Below, piece by piece: positions 9,660 to 17,064 of a stretch of 64,000 nucleotides of DNA. Both the position numbers and the translations under genes were made by a program. This stretch comes from Patescibacteria group bacterium (GTDB lineage: Bacteria > Patescibacteriota > Minisyncoccia > Phycocordibacterales > WO2-35-19): the NCBI GenBank assembly GCA_038065655.1, contig JBBTQO010000001.1, forward strand, positions 2,517 to 66,516, given 5' to 3'. Positions within the stretch are counted from its first letter, which is position 1; each line of letters begins with the position of its first letter. The notes beneath the pieces were generated by a model that was not told the origin of the DNA, searched no databases, and worked only from the letters and a program-made list of their open reading frames with translations.

Positions 9660-9738
9660 CTCACCCTAAATCCCTCTCTTACCCTAATAGAGGGACTTTC
9701 GAAAACCCCTCTTAAGATAAGAGGGGGTAGAGGGAGTT
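9660..9738. repeat. ~80-bp MITE-like element, copy 1 (terminal inverted repeats aactcaccct / agggagtt; two internal hairpins)
   Basis: Hairpins ccctct...agaggg (9672-9694) and cccctctt...aagagggg (9706-9727) separated by ctttcgaaaac; lies immediately after the lepA stop; near-identical architecture at 14330-14408. Confidence 0.6.
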
Positions 9739-9865
9739 ATGCAATTGGGATATATATCAAGACCATACCGATTATCAAAAATATGGCTATGATAAACCAC
9801 AAAACTTTTATTATTTTTTGTGCTTTTGGATTCCAGAGCATGATATTATGTTAACATAAAAACAT

Positions 9866-10249
9866 ATGAGCTTGAAAGGTATAAAAAACAGAGAAAGTGG
9901 GAAGTGGAAAAGGTTAGGGATTTTTTTAATATTACTTTTAGTGTTTGGGTTGCTTCTAAATTCAGTCAGTAAAGTTTACAAAAAAAAGCAGGAAGCGGAA
10001 AAGATTTTGGTCCGTATGGAGGAACAAGCAACTGAACTAAAACAAAGAAATCAGTTTTTAAAAGAATCTTTGGAAAAGCTGGCGACTGAAGAAGGTGTTG
10101 AATTTGAAATTCGTAAAAAATTGAATGTGGCGGAAGTAGGGGAGAGTGTGGCGATTATTGTAGAAGAAGAACCAATCGCTTCTACCTCTAACCCCCAAAT
10201 CTCCTCTTGGCAAAAATTCAAAAACTTTTTTACTGAGCTATTTGAATAA
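9866..10249 (+). CDS. Small bitopic coiled-coil protein, possibly FtsL/DivIC-like cell-division protein
   Basis: 127 aa; N-terminal TM helix then a coiled-coil region (EQATELKQRNQFLKESLEKLATEE); assignment by architecture only. Confidence 0.35.
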   Translation: MSLKGIKNRESGKWKRLGIFLILLLVFGLLLNSVSKVYKKKQEAEKILVRMEEQATELKQRNQFLKESLEKLATEEGVEFEIRKKLNVAEVGESVAIIVEEEPIASTSNPQISSWQKFKNFFTELFE

Positions 10250-10261
10250 ATAAAATATTAT

Positions 10262-10315
10262 ATTAGACGCTGAGCGTTTAGTATAGTTATTTTATAAAAA
10301 TATTGTGTAATAATT
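10262..10315. repeat. Intergenic motif containing hairpin gacgc-tga-gcgtc followed by tattgtgtaataat; second copy at 29073-29130
   Basis: ttagacgctgagcgtttagtatagtt...tattgtgtaataatt here versus ttagacgctgagcgtttcgtatagtt...tgttgtgtaattttaataatt at 29073-29130. Confidence 0.4.
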
Positions 10316-10321
10316 TGTTTG

Positions 10322-10392
10322 TGCGGGTAGGGGGAATCGAACCCCCGTCTCAACCTTGGGAAGGTCGCATCATACCACTAAACTATACCCGC
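10322..10392 (-). tRNA. tRNA-Gly (anticodon CCC)
   Basis: Minus-strand GCGGGTATAGTTTAGTGGTATGATGCGACCTTCCCAAGGTTGAGACGGGGGTTCGATTCCCCCTACCCGCA; acceptor stem GCGGGTA/TACCCGC; canonical T-arm GGTTCGATTCC; anticodon stem CGACC/GGTTG with loop TTCCCAA; CCA not encoded. Confidence 0.8.
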
Positions 10393-10659
10393 ATTGTTTT
10401 CTAAATAATTTTGGATTCTTTTATTTAAATACCCCCTACCAAAACCTGTTTTTAGTTGGAGCTCTCTTTTTCTGGAATCTGTTTTGTCCATACACGCTTC
10501 ATAGTAGACCAGTGTAATTCTATCAAATTTTTTTGTTGTTTGGACCTCACCTAATTTATGTTCCTTTAATCTATTGCGCAAATCACTTGTTGAGCCTATA
10601 TAAAAATTGTTTGCTCTTGTTTTCAAATTTTCACAATGTAGTACGTAAGTATAAAACAT
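10378..10659 (-). CDS. GIY-YIG family nuclease (small standalone Slx1/YhbQ-like or homing-endonuclease-like)
   Basis: ORF 10378-10755; likely start at MFYTYVLHC (10659). GIY-YIG signature: YTYVL..FYIGST.DL..RL.EH, conserved R and E (KRELQLK). C-terminal codons A-G-I-V-stop are read from the first 15 nt of the tRNA-Gly gene. Confidence 0.75.
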   Translation of the reverse strand: MFYTYVLHCENLKTRANNFYIGSTSDLRNRLKEHKLGEVQTTKKFDRITLVYYEACMDKTDSRKRELQLKTGFGRGYLNKRIQNYLENNAGIV

Positions 10660-10740
10660 ATTATTGCTTGCCCGCCAAAAGGTCTGCGAGACCATTTGGG
10701 CGGGTCCGTCTAAATGTTCGCAAAGCGAACTTTTGACGGA

Positions 10741-10774
10741 GGAAGGTCGCATCATACCACTAAACTATACCCGC
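10741..10774 (-). repeat. 34-nt duplicated copy of the tRNA-Gly 5' half (positions 1-34); direct repeat with 10359-10392
   Basis: Exact match GCGGGTATAGTTTAGTGGTATGATGCGACCTTCC then divergence. Supplies the last four codons (AGIV) and the stop of cysS. Lacks the T-arm and 3' half, so not a functional tRNA. Confidence 0.8.
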
Positions 10775-12154
10775 TAAGGTTTTTTTGATGATACTTTCTT
10801 TTTCTTTATCTTCTAATACATAACCTTCTCTCTCAATTTCTTTTCTTAGCTCGTCACTTTTTTGCCAGTTTTTTTGCTCTCGGGCAGAATCTCTCTCTTT
10901 TTTTAATTCTAAAATATGTTCGGGAATATTTTCTTTTGTTTCTTTAGCCAGTTTAGCAATATTTAATCCTAAGACTTTATCCATTTCTAATACTGTTTTT
11001 TGACTCTTTTTAGAGCTAAAAGTTTCGTGGAGGAGGGCCAAAACTTTTGGGGTATTCAAATCATCAGCTATAAATTCTTTAAATTGATTTATTGTTTCTT
11101 TGTCTATTTCTCCATCAGACAAGTTATCAAATTCAAAGACCAATTTTTCCAAAGCCTTTTGAGAACCTAAAACAGAATCCCAAGTAAAGTTCATGGGGGA
11201 CCCATAATGACCAGAAAGAAGCAAAAATCTAAATGATAATGGATGAATTTTTCTCTGCTTTAAATCTGAAATGGTGTAGGTATTTTTTAATGATTTGGAC
11301 ATTTTTTCACCTTCTATCGTCAGAAATTCATTGTGTAGCCAGAAGTTGGCTAGTGGTACTCCAAAAGCACATTCGGACTGGGCGATTTCATTGTTGTGAT
11401 GAACAGGGATATGATCAATGCCACCAGTGTGGATATCAAAAGGTTGACCCAAATACTTTTGGCTCATTGCCGAACATTCAATATGCCAGCCGGGAAAGCC
11501 AACGCCCCAAGGACTCTCCCATTCTTGTAATCTGGAAGATTGCCCCGAGCCCGCTCCCGGGCTAAATTTCCACAAAGCAAAATCAGCGGGGTTTCTTTTT
11601 TCGCTGTTTTTTTCTATCCGAGAGCCCTCTTTTTGTTCTTTTATGTTTATATTACCGAGTTTGCCATAATCTTTAAATTTGCTAGTGTTAAAATAAACGC
11701 CATCAGTAGTTTGATAAGCAAAACCCTTTTCTTCTAATATTTTTATTATTTCTATTTGCTCTGTTATATGCTCAGTGGCTCTTGGGAAGATGGTGTTTTG
11801 AGTATTTATATTTAAATCTTTTAAATCTTCCAAGTAGGCCTTCTCATAAAAACGAGCAATTTCGGTTACTGTTTTCTTTTCTTTTTTTGCCACCTCCTCA
11901 ATTTTATCATTTCCAGTATCGCTCTCGTCGGTTAGATGCCCGACGTCAGTAATGTTTATGACTTGTTTTACCTCATACCCGAAATATTTAAGAGTTTTTC
12001 TTAAAATATCAGCAAAGACATAGGCTCGCATATTGCCAATATGGGCAAAGGAATAGACCGTCGGCCCACAATTATACATATGAACAGCTTTTGATTTTAT
12101 AGACTTAAACTCTTCTTTTTGATTACCCAGAGTATTATGTAGCTTTATTTCCAT
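10760..12154 (-). CDS. cysS: Cysteine--tRNA ligase
   Basis: 464 aa; HIGH-type motif HMYNCGPTVYSFAHIGN, KMSKSLKN, Zn-binding Cys/His residues; class I CysRS. Confidence 0.9.
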   Translation of the reverse strand: MEIKLHNTLGNQKEEFKSIKSKAVHMYNCGPTVYSFAHIGNMRAYVFADILRKTLKYFGYEVKQVINITDVGHLTDESDTGNDKIEEVAKKEKKTVTEIARFYEKAYLEDLKDLNINTQNTIFPRATEHITEQIEIIKILEEKGFAYQTTDGVYFNTSKFKDYGKLGNINIKEQKEGSRIEKNSEKRNPADFALWKFSPGAGSGQSSRLQEWESPWGVGFPGWHIECSAMSQKYLGQPFDIHTGGIDHIPVHHNNEIAQSECAFGVPLANFWLHNEFLTIEGEKMSKSLKNTYTISDLKQRKIHPLSFRFLLLSGHYGSPMNFTWDSVLGSQKALEKLVFEFDNLSDGEIDKETINQFKEFIADDLNTPKVLALLHETFSSKKSQKTVLEMDKVLGLNIAKLAKETKENIPEHILELKKERDSAREQKNWQKSDELRKEIEREGYVLEDKEKESIIKKTLAGIV

Positions 12155-12169
12155 CAGAATTTAAATTAG

Positions 12170-13072
12170 TTATACCCATCTTTTATACTTGAAGTAGACA
12201 AACATAGCAATACTGACAAAAAACATAATACCTATTACTATCCAAAAATCATTTTGCCAGCCGACTATGGGAATAAAAGAAGTATTCATTCCAAATATGC
12301 TTGCTATAAGTGAAAGTGGGAAAGTAACAAAAGCTAATATTGTAAGAATTTTCATCACCTCATTTTGTTTAGTGGAAAGCATTGAATTGTTTGTTTCTCG
12401 GAGCTGGGTGATTAAATCTATTTGGTTGTTTACGATTCTCATCACATGGCGCCAATCTTCAATTAGTATTTTTGTTTGAGTGCCAAATTCCCGACCAAAT
12501 TTTTCAGTCCCATTTTCTTTTAAGAATTCAAAAATACCTCCATGAGGGTCAACGATTCTTCTAAAATTTAAAATATTTCTACCGGTGTTGGATATGGCAA
12601 ACACCATTTCTTTTTCCTGTCCGTCAAAAATATTTTTTTCAATTTCTTTCATCTGGTCTTCCATATAAGAAAGCTCGTCTCGCATTGCGTTGTAGACCTC
12701 TTTCATCATGCCAAAAAATAGATGAACATTTTCTCCTTTATTTAATATTTCACTCACCTCAATTTGTTTAGCAAAATAATGCAAAGCATCAATTGAATCG
12801 TATCTGGCGGTTATTAAATTATCGGCTGATAGGATAATATCTACTTCCTGAGTATCGCAAATAGAGCGGGAACGCTTAAAAGTCGGTAAATGTAAAATAG
12901 CATAAATACTCTTACCTCTGTCTTGGGCATGCTGTGCCGGTGTTGGCGCTACCAAATCTTTGGCAACGGACGGATCTATATTATGAGTTAAAACCAATGA
13001 ATCCGCCTCTTCTTTGGTGGGAGAGTTTAGGTCAATCCATGTTTGATTCATAAATGAACGAGTTGTAATCAT
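12170..13072 (-). CDS. corA: CorA family magnesium/cobalt transporter
   Basis: 300 aa; two C-terminal TM helices with the signature GMN motif (FGMNTSFIP) and cytoplasmic N-terminal domain. Confidence 0.8.
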   Translation of the reverse strand: MITTRSFMNQTWIDLNSPTKEEADSLVLTHNIDPSVAKDLVAPTPAQHAQDRGKSIYAILHLPTFKRSRSICDTQEVDIILSADNLITARYDSIDALHYFAKQIEVSEILNKGENVHLFFGMMKEVYNAMRDELSYMEDQMKEIEKNIFDGQEKEMVFAISNTGRNILNFRRIVDPHGGIFEFLKENGTEKFGREFGTQTKILIEDWRHVMRIVNNQIDLITQLRETNNSMLSTKQNEVMKILTILAFVTFPLSLIASIFGMNTSFIPIVGWQNDFWIVIGIMFFVSIAMFVYFKYKRWV

Positions 13073-13117
13073 TTTATTTTTGATAAGGACTAAATATATG
13101 ATATATTATAACAGAAA

Positions 13118-14329
13118 ATGAATAAGGAAAGATACACCCAAATTACAGCTTCAGTACTCATCGCAGGAGTTTTATTTACCACTGGTTTTTATGTTGGTAA
13201 AAATAATTTACAAGGCAATGAATCAACCCAATTTCTAAATGCTACCAGTACTAAAAATGTTGATATGGCTGTCTATTGGAAAGCGTGGGGGATATTGGAC
13301 GAGAAATTTGCAGCATCATCCTCTACTACTCCAGCAGTAAGTAGTGAAGATAAACTCTGGGGCTCCATTGAAGGCTTGGCTAGTTCCTATAAAGATCCCT
13401 ACACCGTATTTTTCCCTCCCATAGAGTCAAAAGCTTTTGAAGAAGAAATAAGCGGTTCTTTTGGGGGGGTGGGCATGGAAGTGGCATTACAAGAAGGAGG
13501 GCTCACTGTGGTGGCGCCTCTCAAAGGAACTCCAGCCGAGAAGGCCGGTGTTTTGGCTGGGGATAAAATTCTTATGATTGGAGATAAATCTACCGCAAAA
13601 ATGTCTACCGATGAAGCTATAAAATTGATTAGAGGTGAAGTGGGCACTCCTATCATTGTCACTTTTAGCAGAAAAGGAGCAAAAGAGCCAATCATTAAAA
13701 CTTTGATTAGGGCCAATATTGAAATACCAACCATAAACACAAAACTCTTGCCGGAAAATGTTTTTGTGATCAGTCTTTATAGTTTCTCGGCTATTTCTCC
13801 AAATTTGTTTCGGGGAGCATTGCGAGAATTTGTAGAATCCGGCTCTGATAAATTAGTATTGGATTTACGCAATAATCCGGGTGGTTATTTGGAAGCGGCT
13901 CTTGATATGGCTAGTTGGTTTTTGCCAACTGGTAAAGTGGTGGTTACTGAAGATTTCGGAAATAAAAAAGAACCAAAAATGTATAGAAGCAAAGGTTATA
14001 ATGTTTTTATCGATGATTTGAAATTTGCTATTTTAGTAAACGAAGGTTCGGCTTCAGCTTCTGAAATTTTAGCTGGAGCTCTAAGAGAGCACAATAAAGC
14101 TATTCTTATTGGTAACAAGACTTTTGGTAAAGGTTCGGTTCAGGAATTGGTCTCTTTAACTTCAGATACTTCTCTTAAAATAACAGTAGCTCATTGGTTA
14201 ACGCCACTTGGTACATCTATCTCTAATGGTGGTCTTGCTCCTGATATTGAAGTCAAGCTGACTTCGGAAAACACTAAAGATGGTAATGACCCCCAATTAA
14301 ATGCAGCTGTTAAATATTTGTTGAAATAA
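13118..14329 (+). CDS. ctpA: C-terminal processing (tail-specific) peptidase, S41 family, with PDZ domain
   Basis: 403 aa; N-terminal TM anchor; PDZ region (GVLAGDKILMIGDK); S41 motifs NNPGGYLEAALD and catalytic region GSASASEILAGAL. Confidence 0.8.
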   Translation: MNKERYTQITASVLIAGVLFTTGFYVGKNNLQGNESTQFLNATSTKNVDMAVYWKAWGILDEKFAASSSTTPAVSSEDKLWGSIEGLASSYKDPYTVFFPPIESKAFEEEISGSFGGVGMEVALQEGGLTVVAPLKGTPAEKAGVLAGDKILMIGDKSTAKMSTDEAIKLIRGEVGTPIIVTFSRKGAKEPIIKTLIRANIEIPTINTKLLPENVFVISLYSFSAISPNLFRGALREFVESGSDKLVLDLRNNPGGYLEAALDMASWFLPTGKVVVTEDFGNKKEPKMYRSKGYNVFIDDLKFAILVNEGSASASEILAGALREHNKAILIGNKTFGKGSVQELVSLTSDTSLKITVAHWLTPLGTSISNGGLAPDIEVKLTSENTKDGNDPQLNAAVKYLLK

Positions 14330-14408
14330 CTCCCCCCAACCCCCCTCTTACATTAAGAGGGGGGCTTTCCGAACCCTCTCTTGTTGTAAGAGAGGGCAGG
14401 GTGAGTTA
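14330..14408. repeat. ~80-bp MITE-like element, copy 2 (TIRs aactcccc / agggtgagtt; two internal hairpins)
   Basis: Hairpins cccccctctta...taagagggggg (14340-14364) and ccctctc...gagaggg (14374-14396) separated by ctttccgaac. The right terminus agggtgagtt is the exact reverse complement of the copy-1 left terminus aactcaccct. Confidence 0.6.
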
Positions 14409-14418
14409 TGATATGTTT

Positions 14419-14862
14419 ATGAAAGTAATTCTTAAAGAGAACATAAAAGGAGTAGGGCATAAATATGAAATAAAAGATGTATCTGATGGTTATGCCAACA
14501 ATTTTCTGATACCAAAAAAACTAGCTGAGTATGCCAGTCCAGATGCTGTCAAAAAAGCTGAAATTTTGAAATCAGCAAACGAAGCGGAAATTGAAATAAG
14601 AGAAAAATTAACTGAAAAACAGATAGAGATGCTAAAAGGAGTAACAGTTGTTTTAAAAAAGAAAGGCAACGAAAAAGGACATTTATTTGAAAAAATTCAT
14701 CCAGAAGAAATATCGGCTGTTTTAAAAGAACAGGCAAAAATAGAAATTGATTCAGAATTTATTATTCTTGAAAATCCTATTAAGGAAATAGGGGAGCACA
14801 CAATAGCTGTTAAGGTGGGCAAGAGTAAGGGAGAATTTAAATTAAAAATAGAGCTAATCTAA
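14419..14862 (+). CDS. rplI: 50S ribosomal protein L9
   Basis: N-terminus MKVILKENIKGVGHKYEIKDVSDGYANNFLIPKKLA is canonical L9; the ORF finder extended to 14401; ATG at 14419 chosen. Confidence 0.85.
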   Translation: MKVILKENIKGVGHKYEIKDVSDGYANNFLIPKKLAEYASPDAVKKAEILKSANEAEIEIREKLTEKQIEMLKGVTVVLKKKGNEKGHLFEKIHPEEISAVLKEQAKIEIDSEFIILENPIKEIGEHTIAVKVGKSKGEFKLKIELI

Positions 14863-14871
14863 AAACTCTTT

Positions 14872-14980
14872 CTCGTCATAAGTTTTGAAAAGCACGCATA
14901 ATTTTCTGCTGAAAATTTGCTCACGCTCGCCTCAGTCAGTCTGCGCGAGTCTTTTCAAAACTTACGACCACGACGAGTTT
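14872..14980. terminator. Bidirectional structured terminator between convergent rplI and rpmA
   Basis: Long imperfect stem ctcgtcataagttttgaaaag ... cttttcaaaacttacgaccacgacgag enclosing smaller hairpins (aattttc-tgctg-gaaaatt), followed by TTTTTT. Confidence 0.5.
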
Positions 14981-14981
14981 T

Positions 14982-15254
14982 TTAAACTACAGTGGCGATT
15001 TTTTTGACAATAGTGGAGCCGTCAAAGTGGACTTTTCTTTTGGAAGCCATTTTGACTTTGCCGTCTTTGAGAGCAAAAAGAGTATAATCTCTGCCCATAC
15101 CGACACCATTGCCGGGTAGGATGTTTGAACCTCTTTGACGCACCAAAATACAGCCCGTATTGCAGGAGCTTCCGTCTGAGAGCTTAATTCCTAGAAATTT
15201 TGGGTTGGAATCTCTCCCGTTTTTAGTTGTACCGGCGGCTTTTTTATGTGCCAT
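14982..15254 (-). CDS. rpmA: 50S ribosomal protein L27
   Basis: [24 protein letters not shown]... canonical L27 N-terminus. Confidence 0.9.
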   Translation of the reverse strand: MAHKKAAGTTKNGRDSNPKFLGIKLSDGSSCNTGCILVRQRGSNILPGNGVGMGRDYTLFALKDGKVKMASKRKVHFDGSTIVKKIATVV

Positions 15255-15283
15255 ATAAAGAGTATAATAGATAATAATCTAAA

Positions 15284-15724
15284 ATGCAAGATGACAAAAA
15301 AATAGAAGAATATATAGAAGAAGAGGATTTTGAGAATAAAGGGGGTAGGGGATGGAAAGGAAAATTTATAGATTTTATTGGGGGAAAATATTTTGTGCCA
15401 ATTACTATCGTTTTAGTAGCTATAATAGCTTTTTCTTTAGGGAGAATCTCGGGATTACAGGAAAAAAGGGAGCCGGTGAGGGTTTTAAATAACACAGTTT
15501 CTGTGGAAAACCCAACATCCAATGTTGGGCAAACGGCAGCGGTTGGTGCAAGTAATGCTAGTGGAGGATCAGTGGTGGCGTCAAAAAATGGTACTAAATA
15601 TCATTATCCTTGGTGTGCCGGCGCTAAACAAATATCAGCCAAAAATTTGGTTACTTTTGATTCTATTGAAAAAGCTCGCACCGCTGGCTACACTCCAGCT
15701 AGTAATTGTAAGGGACTCAAATAA
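15284..15724 (+). CDS. Membrane-anchored protein with C-terminal Ada-like metal-binding domain
   Basis: 146 aa; TM helix (ITIVLVAIIAFSLG); C-terminal KYHYPWCAGAKQISAKNLVTFDSIEKARTAGYTPASNC resembles the Zn-binding N-terminal domain of Ada (..CRPSC...NV.F.S...A...GFRPC..). Confidence 0.4.
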   Translation: MQDDKKIEEYIEEEDFENKGGRGWKGKFIDFIGGKYFVPITIVLVAIIAFSLGRISGLQEKREPVRVLNNTVSVENPTSNVGQTAAVGASNASGGSVVASKNGTKYHYPWCAGAKQISAKNLVTFDSIEKARTAGYTPASNCKGLK

Positions 15725-16077
15725 TAGAGAGAGGTAATAAATGGCTTAAATAAAGGGGATTTGGTAGAATTTTAGAAATAAATTTGACCACATTTTCTCC
15801 TTGACAGCAAGGTTTAAAAATGCTACACTATACGTAAGTCCAGTAAATGCTGGATTTTGTCGTTATAGGGATGTTCTTTGGCTCAGGCAACAATTTTAGG
15901 TTCGCGCTTGAGGTTTATCTGATTTGCATCTCTATCCAGCCCTAACTTCCTTAGTTATTAAATTAATTCTTAATAGGAATAAGAATTAATGAAATAGGCT
16001 AGGGGGGTTATAATCTAAAAAATGAGTTAGAGCTGGAATTAAAATTAAACAATAGGCTTATTTTTCAGACTACTGCT

Positions 16078-16554
16078 TTGGGGTTTATAATGATAGCTTC
16101 AAATATTACTGGTTTTGGTGGGGCATCGTTTGTGCCAAACACCTTACCACCAGAAGTTATAAAAATTAAAGAAACTCTTCCAAGTGACAATAAAAAAATT
16201 GTAACTAAGAAGAATATAACCGTCGAAGAGTATGTGAGAAATTATTTCTCAGACATACCAGTTTTGGTTGAAATCGCTAGATGCGAATCTCGTTTTCGTC
16301 AACATGATAAAGAGGGAGGAGTTTTGCGTGGTGAAGAGAATAATCTTGATCGTGGAGTTATGCAGATCAATGAATACTATCACAACGAAAATTCTGACAA
16401 ACTTGGATATGACATCCTTACTCTAGAAGGGAACACCGCCTACGCTAGACACCTTTTTGAAAAGTATGGTGTCAAGCCTTGGAAGTCCTCTATCAGGTGT
16501 TGGGGGGGGACTGTTGCCTACTCTGAATATAAAGACCTGGCGGTTAACAAGTAA
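16078..16554 (+). CDS. Lytic transglycosylase-like (SLT/lysozyme-like domain) protein
   Basis: 158 aa; IARCESRFRQ (candidate catalytic Glu-Ser), GVMQINEYYH, AYARHLFEKYG motifs reminiscent of SLT-domain transglycosylases. Confidence 0.5.
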   Translation: MGFIMIASNITGFGGASFVPNTLPPEVIKIKETLPSDNKKIVTKKNITVEEYVRNYFSDIPVLVEIARCESRFRQHDKEGGVLRGEENNLDRGVMQINEYYHNENSDKLGYDILTLEGNTAYARHLFEKYGVKPWKSSIRCWGGTVAYSEYKDLAVNK

Positions 16555-16571
16555 AATTAAAAAAGGAAAAA

Positions 16572-16600
16572 TAGCTCCTCCAAACGGGGGAGCTGTTTTT
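16572..16600 (+). terminator. Rho-independent terminator after the transglycosylase-like gene
   Basis: agctcc-tccaaacggg-ggagct hairpin followed by TTTTTC. Confidence 0.5.
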
Positions 16601-16668
16601 CTTAGTAAAAGCCAAAGGGCACCTTCTGGGACCGGGGCATTCTGAAGGTGCCCTTTGGCTTTTACTAA
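16600..16668. repeat. 26-bp perfect inverted repeat (REP family-1 doublet) with 17-nt spacer
   Basis: cttagtaaaagccaaagggcaccttc / gaaggtgccctttggcttttactaag; arms contain the gggcaccttctg core of the RAYT-associated hairpin at 2645-3368. Confidence 0.7.
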
Positions 16669-16776
16669 GAGATGGTAGGAACGTCGCACAATATATCTTC
16701 GCGACTCAACCAAAGGTTGGGTCGCGAAAGATAACGCCCATTTTTAGAATAAAATAATTATATTAAAAATATTCCC

Positions 16777-17037
16777 CTACTTTAACTTGGCTATGAGATT
16801 TTTTGCAAATTCAGAAACGTAATTCCAGACCCTGATTATGGCCCCGTTGTATTTTTCCCAGCCTTGAGAGCCCAGGCTGTAAAATTGATCCAAGAGCTCC
16901 TTAAATCGGCCTTGGGTCAAGAAACCCACAACATCTATGTTGTATACATATTTTAGAAGCACTAATGCGCCGATAATTATAATAATTATTTGGATAAAAC
17001 CAGTTTTTTTAGGAGATTTTATTTTTTTGTTTTTCAT
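16777..17037 (-). CDS. Small hypothetical membrane protein
   Basis: 86 aa, one TM helix (IQIIIIIIGALVLL); no recognisable family. Confidence 0.3.
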   Translation of the reverse strand: MKNKKIKSPKKTGFIQIIIIIIGALVLLKYVYNIDVVGFLTQGRFKELLDQFYSLGSQGWEKYNGAIIRVWNYVSEFAKNLIAKLK

Positions 17038-17064
17038 ATAATTTTAGATATGATTTTTAATTTA

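Noticed and set aside
10741-10774. Second tRNA-Gly gene, or a group I intron-split tRNA
   Set aside because: Only the 5' 34 nt are present (no T-arm or 3' half), and the downstream tRNA copy is complete, so neither a second gene nor an intron. Interpreted as a target-site duplication from the GIY-YIG insertion.
15244-15522. 92-aa minus-strand ORF bridging rpmA and the Ada-like gene
   Set aside because: Overlaps rpmA in another frame and is antisense to the 15284-15724 gene; low-complexity sequence; spurious.
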